Assembly: GCF_963921235.1 (NCBI RefSeq)
Contig: NC_086097.1
Span: 135,038,001 to 135,102,000 of the forward strand
Length of the DNA stretch: 64,000 bases
Direction of reading: 5' to 3'
Origin: Mobula hypostoma
Lineage: Eukaryota
Within the stretch, counting starts at the first letter, position 1; every line of letters begins with the position of its first letter. The notes under the pieces are model-generated. The model saw nothing but the letters and a program-made list of their open reading frames with translations, was not told where the DNA came from and made no database searches. The position numbers and the translations under genes are program-made. This document shows positions 39,731 to 54,038 of this stretch, piece after piece.

Positions 39731-40907
39731 CACTTAAAATTGTGCAGCTAATTAGACTGCAAGGATGCCAGGGAATGTAATCGTCTTTTTCATTGTGTGA
39801 ACTAAGGAATTAAATGTCTCTGGTTGAATAACTGACACATTTTCAGTTCACTTGGACCTTCAACAAGAATACAATCTGTTGCAAAAAATAAACATTTGTT
39901 TAATCAAATGTATCCCAGATAAGATGCAGTGAGGATTATTTGATGGGCTTTTGAAAACTGTACCTATTTTCTCCTGATTCCAGACCATACTGAAGTGAAA
40001 TTCCAAGAAATGAATTGCCCAATTAATCTTGTCAAGGAACAACTATTCACCACAGAGTGATGGTTGATAAAGTTATCCAATAACTAATGTTATAGTCTTA
40101 ACTTCCTTGGTGCCTTATGAATATATTTAACAGACCCTGCAGCAGTTTGTAAGCCTTCACTGAGAAGGTTAGAAACTTGAGGACAAAAGCTTATGACTTA
40201 CCTCAGACAGAAAGCAAGCAAGGTAGTTCAATACTGTACAGCAAAAACTTGCATTGTATTAGAAGTTATTACAAAACTTCTAATAACTGTAGCATAAACC
40301 AGGGCAAGATGATAAGATGGTTAAGGAAATATGTGGGATGTGGCTTTCTATGTAATAATGGGACATTGTTTAGAGAGAAGTCACAAGAAACATATTTAAG
40401 AAACCTCAGTTGGTAAATGATATACAAGTACACACATTTCAGGAGGGAGGTCAAGACCTAGGAAACTGTCTTAAAAAGCTTCAACTATAAAGAATAACAA
40501 AATTCAGTAATGTGGAGAGCCTGGGGAAGTTGGATTTGCCCTCGTCAGAGCAGGAACTTAATAGGGATGATCTTGAAGGGTCTCGTTCTGAAACCTTGAC
40601 CATCCATTTCCCTCCACAGATGCTGCCTGACCCATAAAGTTCTGGGTTGGTTGCTGGGTTAAGGATGTCACTGTTGGCAATATTTTCACATGGAAAGCTA
40701 TTAGGGTCCAGAATGTGTCATACGGAAAGGCAATTGGAGATGTACTTGCGAGGACTAATTTACGGCATTACACAGAGGAAGTTCTCTGTTTGGACTTATT
40801 TTAGCTTTCTGCTTCCTGCTCAATTCCGACACTTGAATAAGCAAGAGAGATTTAAAAGATACTGGCAATACAAATATAAATTTTGTAAAAATAAAAGTAA
40901 TACTTAC

Positions 40908-40958
40908 CCAGATTACAGGCTGATCTTCATGGCAAGATCTCTGCCTCCATATAGGCAC
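40908..40958 (-). CDS. NTAQ1: NTAQ1 coding exon 3
   Basis: ctgtaaag|GTG...TGG|gtaagt. VPIWRQRSCHEDQPVIW. 51 nt. Confidence 0.93.
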
Positions 40959-43900
40959 CTTTACAGTTCAGGAATGAAAAAAGAAATCAGATTTATAAAC
41001 TATTTTGTAATGTGCTTAAATAGTTAATAGACCTGTTTATTTACTCTAATTACTGAATGATATTAAGTGATATGATGAGAACCATTCATTTAATGCAACC
41101 AATAGAGTACTGGTTAACACAGGAGCCCCTCTGCTAACTCAGTGCCAAACCCTACCAGGAGAGGGTGAGCCATTCAGAACATTAATGCCCCTTGTCAACT
41201 TTAAATCAGCCACTCTCAAATTGAACACCTATGAGCTCAGATTCTGAATGTTAATACTGACATGTTTCTTCATCTATCCCTAGGCTATTATCTGTTATTG
41301 ATATTGCTAACATACTATTTATAGTGGGCAAATAATATTTTTGTTGTCCTGTTCACCGCTGAGCATACAAGCTAATAAAATTTATTATAGGGGCTATTTG
41401 GAATGTCATGACTATAAGGCATTGCAAAGAACTCTTTAACAAGTTATTCTTCCCCAACAGCCCTGCCAGTAGTTCTTCCTATTCAGTATCCCTTAGAAAG
41501 TTCCTAGAGCACATTCTTTACAAACCATTGTCAGATCATAGCAACTCGTTGCTTTAAAAATGACTATATATTAACAACACTGAGCCTGCCAATGAGTTGG
41601 AGGTTTGGCAAGATGTACGACTTACAGCACACTACTTTCTGTACCACAAATTTACTTAGTTAGAACACATAGCCTGGTTAAATGGGAAGAGAACAGAAGC
41701 CACAGCACCATCTCCTAAGAGTAATTTATCCGAAAAATATGGTGACTGGAGGATGTGTCCACACAAGTTAATTCTCTGAGTTCCGACACAATAGTGCAGC
41801 GCTCAGCCTCATCGGTGGGAAATGCCCAAACACCATCTATCTGGCTGGCAGGAATGATGTCACAATATGAAGCAGAGAAGAAGAATCCTTCACCCTGGCT
41901 TCTCTGAGGAAATATTAAGTGACGGGCTCATGCATCAGACTCTAGGTCAAGCCTGAGAGCAGATTCCACCAATGAAGCAAATACCTGCTCCACGTAAAAT
42001 TCTGTGGCAGAGCATAGTCCGGATATCACTGGGGGAGCACACCTAACAAGATCAAGACCTCTGTTTCAGCACAGGAACCTTGAAGTGTGCTAACACTTTT
42101 AAGTTCATTACAGTTAAAGGCATTCATGCGCAGGATATAAATGTCATGAAAATTAGCATGTTGCAACACCATGGTACATTACAAGGATAAACACAAGTCA
42201 AAATAAATTTAAACTAACATAAATTATACATAACATGTGTGAAAAACAAACAAGATAGAACACAGTGACACTTGGACAAGATTGAGAGCGACAGAGAAGG
42301 AAAATAGTTTGATGCAGCATTAAGGATTTTCAGATCAGTTCAACAACCTGATGGCAGTGGGGAAGAAGCTGTCGTTGGAACTGGCCGAGATTAAAGAGGG
42401 CCAGTGGATCTGCATGTTACCCAGTGAAATATGGGTCTTTATGTTCATATTTACCTGTTGGTTATTTTTAATAAAACTAACAAAGATTGGCTAAATGGAA
42501 AAATTTGTCTTCCTTGTCAGTCCCTCAAAAGTAAAGATGATTTATTTTCACTCCAGATCCATAGATTCTGTGCCGACTAATCAGGCCAATGTGGAATTTA
42601 AATATATCTCACAGCACAGAAGGAAGCCTATGAGGCCCATCAGGTAGAAGCAAGATGCAAAAAGAACAATCTTATCCGTGCCATTCTCTGTATCCTTATT
42701 TCATGAAACCATGCAACATGTTCTCTCGCTCACATGCACATCAATTCTCTTTGATTCTTTCGTCACTGAGCTAGGTTAAGGACAAATTACTGTAGCCAAT
42801 TCACCTACCAGTATGTCTCTGGTGTATCATGAACAAAGTCAACACAGAGACACTGAAGCTTGTAGATACAGAAGTGTCTTCTTCAACAAAAATGAACAGC
42901 AAGCATCAGATTGAAACATTCTTGGAGGAAGAGGCATCCCAACCTAATATTATATGACATTTTTATATGCTAAAGATCAAAGGCAGGACAATTCTAGAGC
43001 TAAAGTGTATCTACAATGCTTCATTTGAATTACGTATAGTTTTCACACACCTCCTTCTTTACAGCCACAATGTAGACATCCAAAATGAATATTAATCAGC
43101 ATTGTCTGGTTTCCAATCAACTCCAGTCTACAGCTCCAGGAAACCTATTGGTCAGGGCTGCATTTTAAATTCAATCTACAATCCACGTTCCTGTCTGAAG
43201 ACCGGTTGTGGTTAAATTAATATTTGCTATATGCCTTAACATCTGGGATGTAGGAATTACCTGGGAAGGATCCATGTAGTTATGGGGAGCAAGTGCAAAC
43301 CTTGGACATTCAGCACCCAAGGAGGTCAGGATCGAATACGGATCTGTGCCACCATATCTATAGACTTCCACAGTGCAGCGGGAATTACCTGACTGATCAT
43401 TTGGCAAGCGATCACTCTTCCTGTAAGCCCCAGTCACACAAGCAAGGTTTGAAGTTCATTCCCAGATGTTCCTTTTCTACTCTAAGTGGTCATTCTCATG
43501 TGTTGGTGAGAATGTTACATTTTTCCTGGAAAAGCTTTGAGAACACCCTTGAATTTCCTTTGGTCCAGATGAAAATGTTCCTCCATCAGATTGCTAATCT
43601 GCAGGGAATGGTATTTTGTATCTCTCTCTTGGAAATCTGTTCTTATGACAGAGCTTGGGTAGGGTATTAATTTCAGGAGTCCTGTGTACAGCATGGACCT
43701 TTGGTTCATCAAGACAGTCCCGATTAACCACACATGTACAATAACACTACATTAATCCCATCTTAGTGTCCCCACATTCCCAGACCAGTGAGTAGTGTGG
43801 CCTTTGCATTAGAGCTGATCAAGTATAATTAGACCCTCAAGTAAGAACATTGACATTGATTCACTTATCCTTCTAGTAAATTTGGAGGATTTTGTGGAGC

Positions 43901-44019
43901 TGATGTTGATGGCCTATCTTAGGTGTTTTAAGATGCATGCTGTAATTATCATATGAGAAATTTACCATCAAAACTCTGTTTCCAACAGCCCTAGTCATCT
44001 CCAGACCATGGACACTTAC

Positions 44020-44119
44020 CATCTTTTGATCATTTGAAATGAAGATAGCATACCATTCTTCCAAAGAATGCTGCCTTTTGTTCTTTATATTTTCACACAG
44101 CTTCCATACATTTTCTTCA
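44020..44119 (-). CDS. NTAQ1: NTAQ1 coding exon 2
   Basis: tctttacag|T...ATG|gtaagt. (C)[33 protein letters not shown]. The catalytic Cys codon is split TG|T across intron 1. 100 nt. Confidence 0.95.
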
Positions 44120-44312
44120 CTGTAAAGACACAAACAATAGGTTAAAATGCTTGATTGCTTTTCCTTACAAGTCTGAAATTGAAATAGGTCATTAGAAAAG
44201 AGAGGCTGATGATGGGATGACAACTGGTTATCGATTTATTATTGTCACATGAACAATAAAATGTAAAAAAGCTTTTGTTTGTATGCCATCTAGACAGATC
44301 ATTCCATCTGTG

Positions 44313-44851
44313 CACTCAGTGGCCATTTTATTAGTTACAGGAGTGTACCTAATAAAGTGGCCACAGGAGTGGAACCCAGGGTGATCTGCTGCTGCAGCCC
44401 ATTGATGTGTTGTGCATTCAGTTATGCTCTTCTGCGCACCACTGTTGTAGTGTGTAGTATTTGAGTTACAACTGCTAGCCTGTCATTTTTAACCAGTCTG
44501 GCCATTCTCCTCTGACCTCTGGCATAATGAAGCATTTTTGCCCATAGAATAGTCACTCACTAGATGCTTGTCACCGTTCTCTATCAACTCTAGAGACTGT
44601 TGTGCATGAAAGCCCCAGGAGATGATCAGTTTCTAAGACAGCCACTCCATTTGGCACCAAAAATCTTTCCATGGTCAAAGTCACTTAGGCCACATTACGT
44701 TCCCCTCTCTGATATTCGATCAAACAATTATTGAAGCTCTTGACCATGCCTCCATGCTTTATGCATTGAGTTGCTGCCACACAGTTGGCTGATTAGATCA
44801 TTACATTAATGAGCAGCTGTACAGGTGTATCTAATAAATTGGAGCTGAATG
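44313..44851. mobile_element. Non-autonomous Tc1/mariner-type element inserted in a Rex-type 3' remnant
   Basis: TIR cactcagtggccattttattag / ctaataaattggagctgaatg|ta. Confidence 0.6.
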
Positions 44852-44999
44852 TAAGCACATTGAGGAAGTATTAAAGGAAAACAATAACAGAATTCAGAAA
44901 ATAGTGTTACAGTTAACAGAGAACCTGCAGAACAGGCAAACAAATAAATGCAAAGGACAGGACAAGGCAAGTTCAAATTTATTATCAAAGCACATGTAT

Positions 45000-46010
45000 G
45001 GTACGATAGCTCAAGATTCGTTTTCTTAAAGGCATTGACAGAAAAGAAGAAATACAATAGAATGTTATGAAAAACTATCCTTAAACAGACCAAGAGTGAC
45101 ATCCACCATTTTCTATAGCTTTTTCTGTCCCTGGGCATTGGTATTTTCATACCAGACCATGATGCAGCCAGCTTGGAAACTCTCTACTCTGCATCTATAG
45201 AAATCTATCAAAGTATTAGTGATGTATCACACAAACATCCAAGAAAGTAAAGGCGCTTTCATGCCTTGTGATGACATTCATGTGCTGGTCCCAAGACAGA
45301 TCTACTAATATGTTTATGCCAAGGAACTTAAAGCTACTGACCCTCTCCACCTGTGATCTTCTAACGAGGACTGGCTCATGGACCTCTGGTTTCTTCCTCT
45401 TGGAGTGGATTATTAGCTCTTTGGTTTTGCTGATGTTGAGCGAGAGGTTGTTGTTTTGGCATCACTCAAGCAGATTTCCAATCTCCCTCCTATGCGCCAA
45501 TTTGTCATCACCTTTGATTTGTTAATCAACAGTGGAGTCATCAGTAAATTTACACATGACATTGGAGCAGTACTTAGCCACACATTATAGGTATGAAGTG
45601 AGTAAAATGAGAGATAAAGAGTTCAGCTTTATCATACAAGAGGTCCTTTGAAGAGTCTTGTTACAGTGGGATAGATGTCCTTGAGGCTCTGGTAGGTGTT
45701 TTCAAACTTTTGTATCTTCTGCCCAGTGGAAGTGGGAAGGAGAATGCCCAGGGTGGGAGAGAGATGTTGAACTACTTTCCTGAGCAGCAAGAAGTGTGGA
45801 CAGTCACTGGAGAGAAGGCAAGTTAACGAGATGGACTGGGCTGCGTTCACCACCCTCTGCAATTTTTTGCGGTCTTGGGCAGAGGACCAAGCTGTGATGT
45901 ATCCAGATAGGATGCTTACTCTAGCGAATCTGTAAAAATTGCTGAGGTTAATTGGGGACATAATGACTTTCCTTACCTTCCTGAGGAAATAGAAGCACTG
46001 GTGCACCTAC
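45000..46010 (-). mobile_element. Two Rex1/Babar-type fragments
   Basis: Minus-strand NFYRFARVSILSGYITAW..DRKKLQRVV and a degenerate RT C-terminus. Confidence 0.6.
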
Positions 46011-47699
46011 TTGGCCATAGCAACCATGTGGCTAGAACAGGACAAGTTATAGGATGGAGGGGTATGGTGTTATTTTGAGGAATGGGATGGTGCCAGCAAA
46101 TCTGAATGGCACAGGAAAAGGCAGCCAAGAAATGTGAACTCCACACGGCTTTAGACCACCTGGACAACACAAACACCGACATCAGGATGCTGTTCATCGA
46201 CTATAGCTCAGCATTTAATATCATCATTCCCACAGTCCTGATTGAGAAGTTGCAGAACCTGAGCCTCTGTACCTCCCTCTGCAATTGGATCCTCGACTTC
46301 CTAACAGGAAGATCACAGTCTGTGCGGATTGGTGATAACATATCCTCCTCACTGACAATCAACACTGGTGCACCTCAAGGATGTGAGCTTAACCCACTGC
46401 TCTACTCTCTGTATACACAAGACTGTGTGGCTAGGCATAGCTCAAATACCATCTATAAATTTGCTGATGATACAACCATTGTTGGTAGAATCTCAGGTGG
46501 TGATGAGAGGGCGTACAGGAGTGAGATATGCCAACTAGTGGAGTGGTGTTGCAGCAACAACCTGGCACTCAGCATCAGTAAGACGAAAGAGCTGACTGTG
46601 GACTTCAGAAAGGGTAAGAAGAAGGAACACATACCAATCCTCATAGAGGGACCAGAAGTGGAGAGAGTGAGCAGCTTCAAGCTCCTCTGTGTCAAGACCT
46701 CTGAGGATCTAACCTAGTCCCAGCATATCGATGTAGTCATAAAGAAGGCAAGACAGCAGCTATACATTATTAGGAGTTTGAAGAGATTTGGCATGTCAAC
46801 AAATACACTCAAAAACTTCTATAGTTGTACCGTGTAGAGCATTCTGACAGGCTGCATCACTGTCTGGTATGGAGGGGCTACTGCACAGGACTGAAAGAAG
46901 CTGCAGAAGGTTATAAATCTAGTCAGCTCTATCTTGGGCACTAGCCTACAAAGTACCCAGGACATCTTTAGGGAGTAGTGTCTGAGAAAGGCAGCATCCA
47001 TTATTAAGGACCTCCAGCACCCAGGGCATGCCCTTTTCTCACTGTTACCATCAGGTAGGAGATACAGAAGCCTGAAGGCATACACTCAGCAATTCAGGAA
47101 CAACTTCTTCCTCTCTGCCATCCGATTCCTAAATGGACATTGAAACTTTGGACACTACCTCACTTTTTTCATATACAGTAATTCTGTTTTTGCACATTCT
47201 CTTAAATCTATTCAAGTTACGTAATCGATTAACTTGTTTATTTACTATGTTTTATTTTATTTTTTTTCTCTCTCTGCTAGACCCTCAGCTCAGAAGGGAA
47301 GGAGGGAAAAGAGGAGAGCAGTAGTGATAGGCGATTCGATAGTTAGGGGAACAGATAAGAGGTTCTGTGGAAGAGATTGAGAATCCCCGATGGTCTGTTG
47401 CCTCCTGGTGCCGAGGTCCGTGATATCGCGGATCGAGTTCTCAGTATTCTCAAGAGGGAGGGTGAGCAGCCGGATGTCGTGGTCCATGTAGGGACCAATG
47501 ACGTAGGTAGGAAGAGTGAGGAGGTCCTGAAAGGCAAGTTTAGGGAGTTAGGAGCCAAGTTAAAGGACAGGACATCCAGGATAGCAATCTCAGGATTGCT
47601 ACCAGTGCCACGTGCAGGCAGGATTAGAAATAGTAAGATAGCGCAGATCAACGCGTGGCTGAAGACATGGTGCAGGAGGGAGGGCTTCAGATTTATAGA

Positions 47700-48390
47700 T
47701 GTAAGGGGGTTTCATCTCTTATGTTACTGCGTAGGCTAATTAAAATGGCTTCTTTGTTATGTTATACTTGGGAATGCTTCTTTTGTTATGTAAAACACTA
47801 AGAAAGTTTTTGCGCTAGCAGCTTGTTTCGGGTTAGCCGGTGATAAGAAGATGTTACAAACCAATTGGGATAGTTGTTTTGATTTTGGTGTATCTGGAAG
47901 ATTTGTATGCATGGGGTTTTGGGGGCAGAAGGCGGGAGAGAGAGACAGAGGGTGGACCAGGTGCTGTGATGTCTGCTAGCGGGGTTGGACCCCGAGGAGG
48001 GCGTTCGGCGAGGAGACGGACTCGTGTGGAGTGTCTAGTCGACCACCATTGTTGGTCCCAGGCGGCCAGTCGAGGTGGTCAGAGGGGTCGCAGGGTGAAG
48101 AAGAAGGGTCCTGAGCTCCAACTGTTTGTGCATGAAGAGTTTGAACTTTGATAAGTGGGGTGCCTTTTATTTTCCTTTTATATTTTATTCTCTATTAATT
48201 ATATAGTTCCAGTAATATCTATAAACTGTAAATCATTTAATCGTATCTGGTGTATTGTCTGTTATTTGGGCAGGGTGAGGTACATCACACAGCATCCACA
48301 CAAACTATTTACCCAGTTTGGCGGGGCCGAGGGCTGTTTCCCTGGACGACAGCGAGCCAAGCGACCCTGAGGTTGGCCAGGGAGGCTACA
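47700..48390. mobile_element. Solo LTR (Gypsy-like), 691 bp, inserted in CR1 ORF1
   Basis: TGTA...TACA termini. 4-bp TSD TAGA at 47696-47699 and 48391-48394. CR1 ORF1 reads through when it is removed (GFRFID|NWAVF). Confidence 0.85.
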
Positions 48391-49453
48391 TAGATAATTG
48401 GGCAGTTTTCCAGGGAAGATGGGACCCGTTCCGGCGGGATGGTTTACATCTGAACTGGAGGGGGCTCCAGTGGATTTAAACTAGATACGGCGGGGAGGGG
48501 AACCAGAGTGTAGGAACAGATGTAAGGGAGAAGGAAGAAAAAGGAGATAGTAAAGTTGCTTGCACCATTAGTGATAAACAGAGAGTAAAAGGTGGAAAAT
48601 TTTTTAAATGCATCTATTTTAATGCTAGGAGCATTGTAAGAAAGGTGGATGAGCTTAGAGCATGGATTGATACCTGGAAATATGATGTTGTAGCTATTAG
48701 TGAAACATGGTTGCAGGAGGGGTGCGATTAGTATCCTGGATATTCGTTGCTTCAGGTGTGATAGAATCGAAGGGGCAAGACGGGGAGGTGTTGCATTGTT
48801 TGTCAGAGAAAATATTACAGCGGTGCTCTGGCAGGATGGATTAGAGGGCTCGTCTAGGGAGGCTATTTGGTGGAATTGAGGAATGGGAAAGGTACAGTAA
48901 CACTTATGGGGGTGTATTATAGACCACCAAATGGGGAGTGAGAATTGGAGGAGCAAATTTGTAAAGAGATAGCAGATATTTGTAGTAAGCACAAGGTTGT
49001 GATTGTGAGAGATTTTAATTTTCCACACATAGACTGGGGAAGCCCATACTGTAAAAGGGCTGGATGGTCTGGAGTTTGTAAAATGTGTGCAGGATAGTTT
49101 TTTGAAGCAATACATAGAGGTAACAACTAGAGAAGGGGTAGTGTTGGATCTCCTGTTAGGGAATGAGATAGGGCAGGTGACAGAGGTTTGTGTTGGGGAG
49201 CACTTTGGGTCCAGTGATCATAATGCCATTAGTTTCAATATAATTATGGGGAAGGATAGGTCTGGACCCAGGGTTGAGATTTTTGATTGAAAAAAGGTTA
49301 ACTTTAAGGAGACGCAAAAGGATTTAGAAGGAGTGGATTGGGACAATTTGTTTTATGGGAAGGATGTAATAGAGAAATGGTGGTCATTTAAAGGTGAAAT
49401 TTTGAGGGTACAGAATCTTTATGTTCCTTTTAGGTTGAAAGGAAAGGTTAAAA

Positions 49454-50506
49454 CCATAACCATATAACAATTACAGCACGGAAACAGGCCATCTCAGCCC
49501 TCCTAGTCCGTGCTGAACTCTTACCCTATCTTAGTCCCACCGACCTGCACTCAGCCCATAACCCTCCATTCCTTTCCTGTCCATATATCTATCCAGTTTA
49601 ACTTTAAACGACAACATAGAACCTGCCTCAACCACTTCTGCTGGAAGCTCGTTCCACACAGCTACCACTCTCTGAGTAAAGAAGTTCCCCCTCATGTTAC
49701 CCCTAAACTTTTATCCTCTAATTCTCAACCCATGTCCTCGTTTGAATCTTCCCTACTCTCAATGGAAAAAGTCTAACCACGTCAACTCTATCAATCCCCC
49801 TCATAATTTTAAACACCTCTATCAAGTCCCCCCTCAACCTTCTGCGCTCCAAAGAATAAAGACCTAACTTGTTCAACCTTTCTCTATAACTTAGGAGATG
49901 AAACCCAGGCAACATTTTAGTAAACCTCCTCTGTACTCTCTCAATTTTATTGACATCTTTCCTATAATCCGGTGACCAGAACTGTACACAACACTCCAGA
50001 TTTGGCCTTACTAATGCCTCATACAAATTCAACATTACATCTCAACTCCTATACTCAATGCTCTGATTAATAAAGGCCAGCAAACCAAAAGCTTTCTTCA
50101 CCACCCTATCCACGTGAGATTCCATCTTCAAGGAACTATGCACCATTCTTCCTAGATCCCTCTGTTCTAAAGCATTCTTTAATGCCCTACCATTTACCAT
50201 GTATGTCCTATTTTGATTAGTTCTACCAAAATGTAGCACCTCACATTTATCAGCATTAAACTCCATCTGCCATCTTTCAGCCCACTCTTCTAACTGTCCT
50301 AAATCTCTCTGCAAGCTTTGAAAACCTGCCTCATCATCCACAACACCACCTATCTTAGTATCATCTGCATACTTACTAATCCAATTTACCACCCCATCAT
50401 CCAGATCATTAATATATATTACAAACAACATTGGACCCAGTACAGATCCCTGAGGCACACCGCTACACACCGTCCTCCAATCTGACACACAGTTATCCAC
50501 CACTAC
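49454..50506 (-). mobile_element. Antisense CR1 3' end of the same subfamily, forming an inverted repeat with 50664-51719
   Basis: ORFs 50042-50503 and 49718-50035 (-) are near-identical to 50668-51564 (+). Confidence 0.93.
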
Positions 50507-53500
50507 TTGACGAGGGTAAAGCGGTGGATGTTGTCTGGATGGACTTCAGTAAGGCCTTTGACAAGGTTCCATATGGAAGGTTAGTTAGGAAGGTTCAATC
50601 ATTAGGTATTAATATTGAAGTAGTATAATGGATTCAGCAGTGGCTGGATGGGAGACACCAGAGAGTAGTGGTGGGTAACTGTTTGTCAGATTGGAGGCCG
50701 GTGTGTAGCGGTGTGCCTCAGGGATCTGTACTGGGTCCAATGTTGTTTGTAATATACATTAATGATCTGGATGATGGGGTGGTAAATTGGATTAGTAAGT
50801 ATGCAGATGATACTAAGATAGGTGGTGTTGTGGATGATGAGGCAGGTTTTCAAAGCTTGCAGAGAGATTTAGGACAGTTAGAAGAGTGGGCTGAAAGATG
50901 GCAGATGGAGTTTAATGCTGATAAATGTGAGGTGCTACATTTTGGTAAGACTAATCAAAATAGGTCATTCATGGTAAATGGTAGGGCATTGAAGAATGCA
51001 GTAGAACAGAGGGACCTAGGAATAATGGTACATAGTTCCCTGAGGGTGGAATCTCATGTGGATAGGGTGGTGAAGAAAGCTTTTTGTATGCTGGCCTTTA
51101 TAAATCAGAGCACTGAGTATAGAAGTTGGGATGTAATGTTGAAATTGTACAAGTCATTGGTGAGGCCAAATTTGGAGTATTGTGTACAGTTCTGGTCACC
51201 GAATTATAGGAAAGATGTCAACAAGATTGAGAGAGTACAGAGAAGATTTACTAGAATGTTACCTGGGTTTCATCTCCTAAGTTACAGAGAAAGGTTGAAC
51301 AAGTTGTGTCTTTATTCTTTGGAGCGTAGAAGGTTGAGGGGGGACTTGATAAAGGTATTTAAAATTATGAGGGGCGTAGACAGAGTTGACGTGGATAGGC
51401 TTTTTCCATTGAGAGAAGGGGAGATTCAAACAAGAGGACATGAGTTGAGATTTAAAGGGCAAAAGTTTAGGGGTAACATGAGGGGGAACTTCTTTACTCA
51501 GAGAGTGGTAGCTGTGTGGAACGAGCTTCCAGCAGAAGTGGTTGGGGCAGGTTCGATGTTGTGATTTAAAGTTAAATTGAACAGCTATATGGACAGGAAA
51601 GGAATGGAGGGTTATGGGCTGAAAGCAGGTCAGTGGGACTAGGTGAGAGTAAGAGTTCGGCACGGACTAGAAGGGCCGAGATGGCTTGTTTCTATGCTGT
51701 AATTGTTATATGGTTATATAGATTATGTATTGCATTGAACTGCTGCTGTTAAGTTAACAAATTTCACATCATATGCCGGTGATAATAAACCTGATTCTGA
51801 TTCTAATAAATAAAATCTGCTGGAAAGACAGGCAGTTTCCATAGAAGGAAATGAACAGTGAACTTTTTGCGTTGAGACCCTCCATCTTGGAGAAAAAGTT
51901 GGCAAGCTAAAAAAGGATGGATCCAGATGAGGAGAGGTAATACGCAAAAGGAGGAGGGGAAAATGGAAATAGCAACAGGTGATTGGTGGAGGCAACAAAG
52001 GGAAATAGATTATGGAATCTGATAAGTTAGAAGGTTGGAGTGAGCAGACGGGGACAATGGGTGGAGGGGCATGTAGTGATGGACAGCTGGACCGCTGGAC
52101 CAGGTGGAGGAGGGAAAAAGAACAGGATGATGTTGGAAATGCCGGCGGTATTGACATCCCATGAACAAATATTCAATAAAGCAGTTGTCAGAGATGCAAC
52201 TTGAGTTGATGACAGCAAAGTCACCAGTGAGATTGCAAAAGGCAGCGGGTGATCATGCAACAAATAATCAGCTGGAGGAACTCAGCGGGTCGCACAAATC
52301 TGCGAGGAAAAGCGAATTGTCAACGTTTTGCATTGAAACCCTACATCAGGTCTTGGATCTCTCAGTGACCATGCAGATGGGCTGTGATATTTGCAAGGGG
52401 AAGGCAGAGAGGAAGATGAAGTGAGTTGGGAGGCCCAAATTGCTGAGAATGAGGAACTGCTTGTGTAGAGAATGAGGGAATGGTGAGTGTTATATATTTA
52501 ATATATCAGTAATATTTTGAGTAATATTGTAAATACATTGCTTAAATTATTCTTTGTTCATTTAAATAATTCATTACAGATTATATGTAAAAGTATGTGA
52601 ATAGCATACATACGACAGAAATGCACACCTCGCTAGAAGTAAAACAGAACTCAGCTCGCACCCCTGTGCTTTTCTTTCAGTTAGTTTTGTTTTGCAGTTA
52701 CACAACACAGCAGTGAGGACAATCAGTTACAAATTCTGCTGTCCTGCTACTACTAGTTGTGAATGATGGTGGACAATTGAACAGCTAATGACAGGTGGAA
52801 GAGGCTCCCGGAATGTCTCCATCATTATTGAGGGAAGGGTGCAGAATGTGAGTGTTAAATAGAAGGCTGAAACATTCACCACCAGGCTCAAATGTTAAAT
52901 GGAGTATCCATCACAGTTTCCTCTGGAGAACCTCACCATCACAGAAGCCAATCTTCAACAAACCTGCGGGCACGAGGGATCGCAGATGCTGGAATCTGGA
53001 GCTACAAACTATCTGCTGGTTGAATTCTTGTTGCAGGGTTTAGACCTGAAACATCAACAATTTCTTTCTTCCTACAGAAGCTGCTCAACCCACTAGTTCA
53101 TCCATCAGATTGCTTGCTGCTTCAACAAGTATGATTCATTTGCATGATAATAAGAAAAGGCCGAGAGCACTGGATAACAGTGAAGGCTATGGGACCAGAC
53201 AATATCCCAGGCACAGTACGAATGGCTTGCATTCCTGAACTCTAACCAAGCTGTTCTTGTACAGGCAAGGCACTGAAGGCTATGCCTTAGTACAGGCAAA
53301 GGAGATTAACATCACTGGGCAAAAAGGTCAGATGCGGTGAGCTGAAAGGCTTGCTTCTGAGCTGTATGACTTCATTCCAGGACATAAGTGATGGTGGGGT
53401 GGGGTGGGGGGATCTCACAGAGTATAAAGTAATGAGGACCATAAGCAGGGTGAATGCACATAATCGTTCCTCCAGGATTGGGGATTCAAGAACTAAAGGC

Positions 53501-54038
53501 ATAGGTTTAAGGTGAAAGGGAAAAAAATTTATAGGAACCCAAGGGACAGCTTTTCCACACAGAGGGTGGAGTATGTATGGAACGAACTGCCTGAGAAAGT
53601 GGGAGAGTTACTTTAACATTATTTAAAGACATTAGGATAGGTAAACGAATAGGAAAGGTTTGGAGGGATATGAGGCAAACATGGTGAAATGACACCAGTT
53701 TAGATTGGCACTTTCTCTGTAACATCATATTCTACATTCTACTGTGTTTTTCTCTTGTACTACGTCAATGTACTTACGTTCAGAAATGATCTACATGGAT
53801 GGTTTGCAAAACAAAGATTTTCACCATATCTCGGGTACCTGCGACAATAATATCATTCCAATTCCGTTTCAGTTCTTTTTGGCATGAATGAGTTGAGTCG
53901 CAAAGCCTGTTGCCATGCTCTTTTACTCTAAATTACCGTGCTGGATTTAATACTCCTAAAGATACAGCAGGCTGAGTGTAAGTTAAAGCTACAATTATTG
54001 ACTTATCCACACAAGCACAGGTCAGGCCTGCACCTTAC

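Larger units (their letters stand above)
47281..51719 (+). mobile_element. Rearranged CR1: ORF1 SGNH and APE region (47281-49452), internal deletion, RT and 3' end (50506-51719)
   Basis: IGDSIVRG, HVGTNDVG, DGLHLN, YADD motifs. Tail gttatatggttatat. Confidence 0.9.
46125..51803 (+). mobile_element. Rex1/Babar-type LINE (46125-47280 plus tail 51720-51803), split by a CR1 complex
   Basis: RT motifs [26 protein letters not shown]. The tail resumes after 51719 (..ctgctag|attatgtattgc) and ends (gattct)n. Confidence 0.9.

Noticed and set aside
41854..41907. C/D-box snoRNA-like ATGATGT...CTGA
   Set aside because: Imperfect C box, no clear terminal stem, and antisense to the NTAQ1 host transcript.
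43873..44223. 116-aa ORF as a stand-alone gene
   Set aside because: Only 44020-44119 is NTAQ1 exon 2; the rest is intronic read-through.
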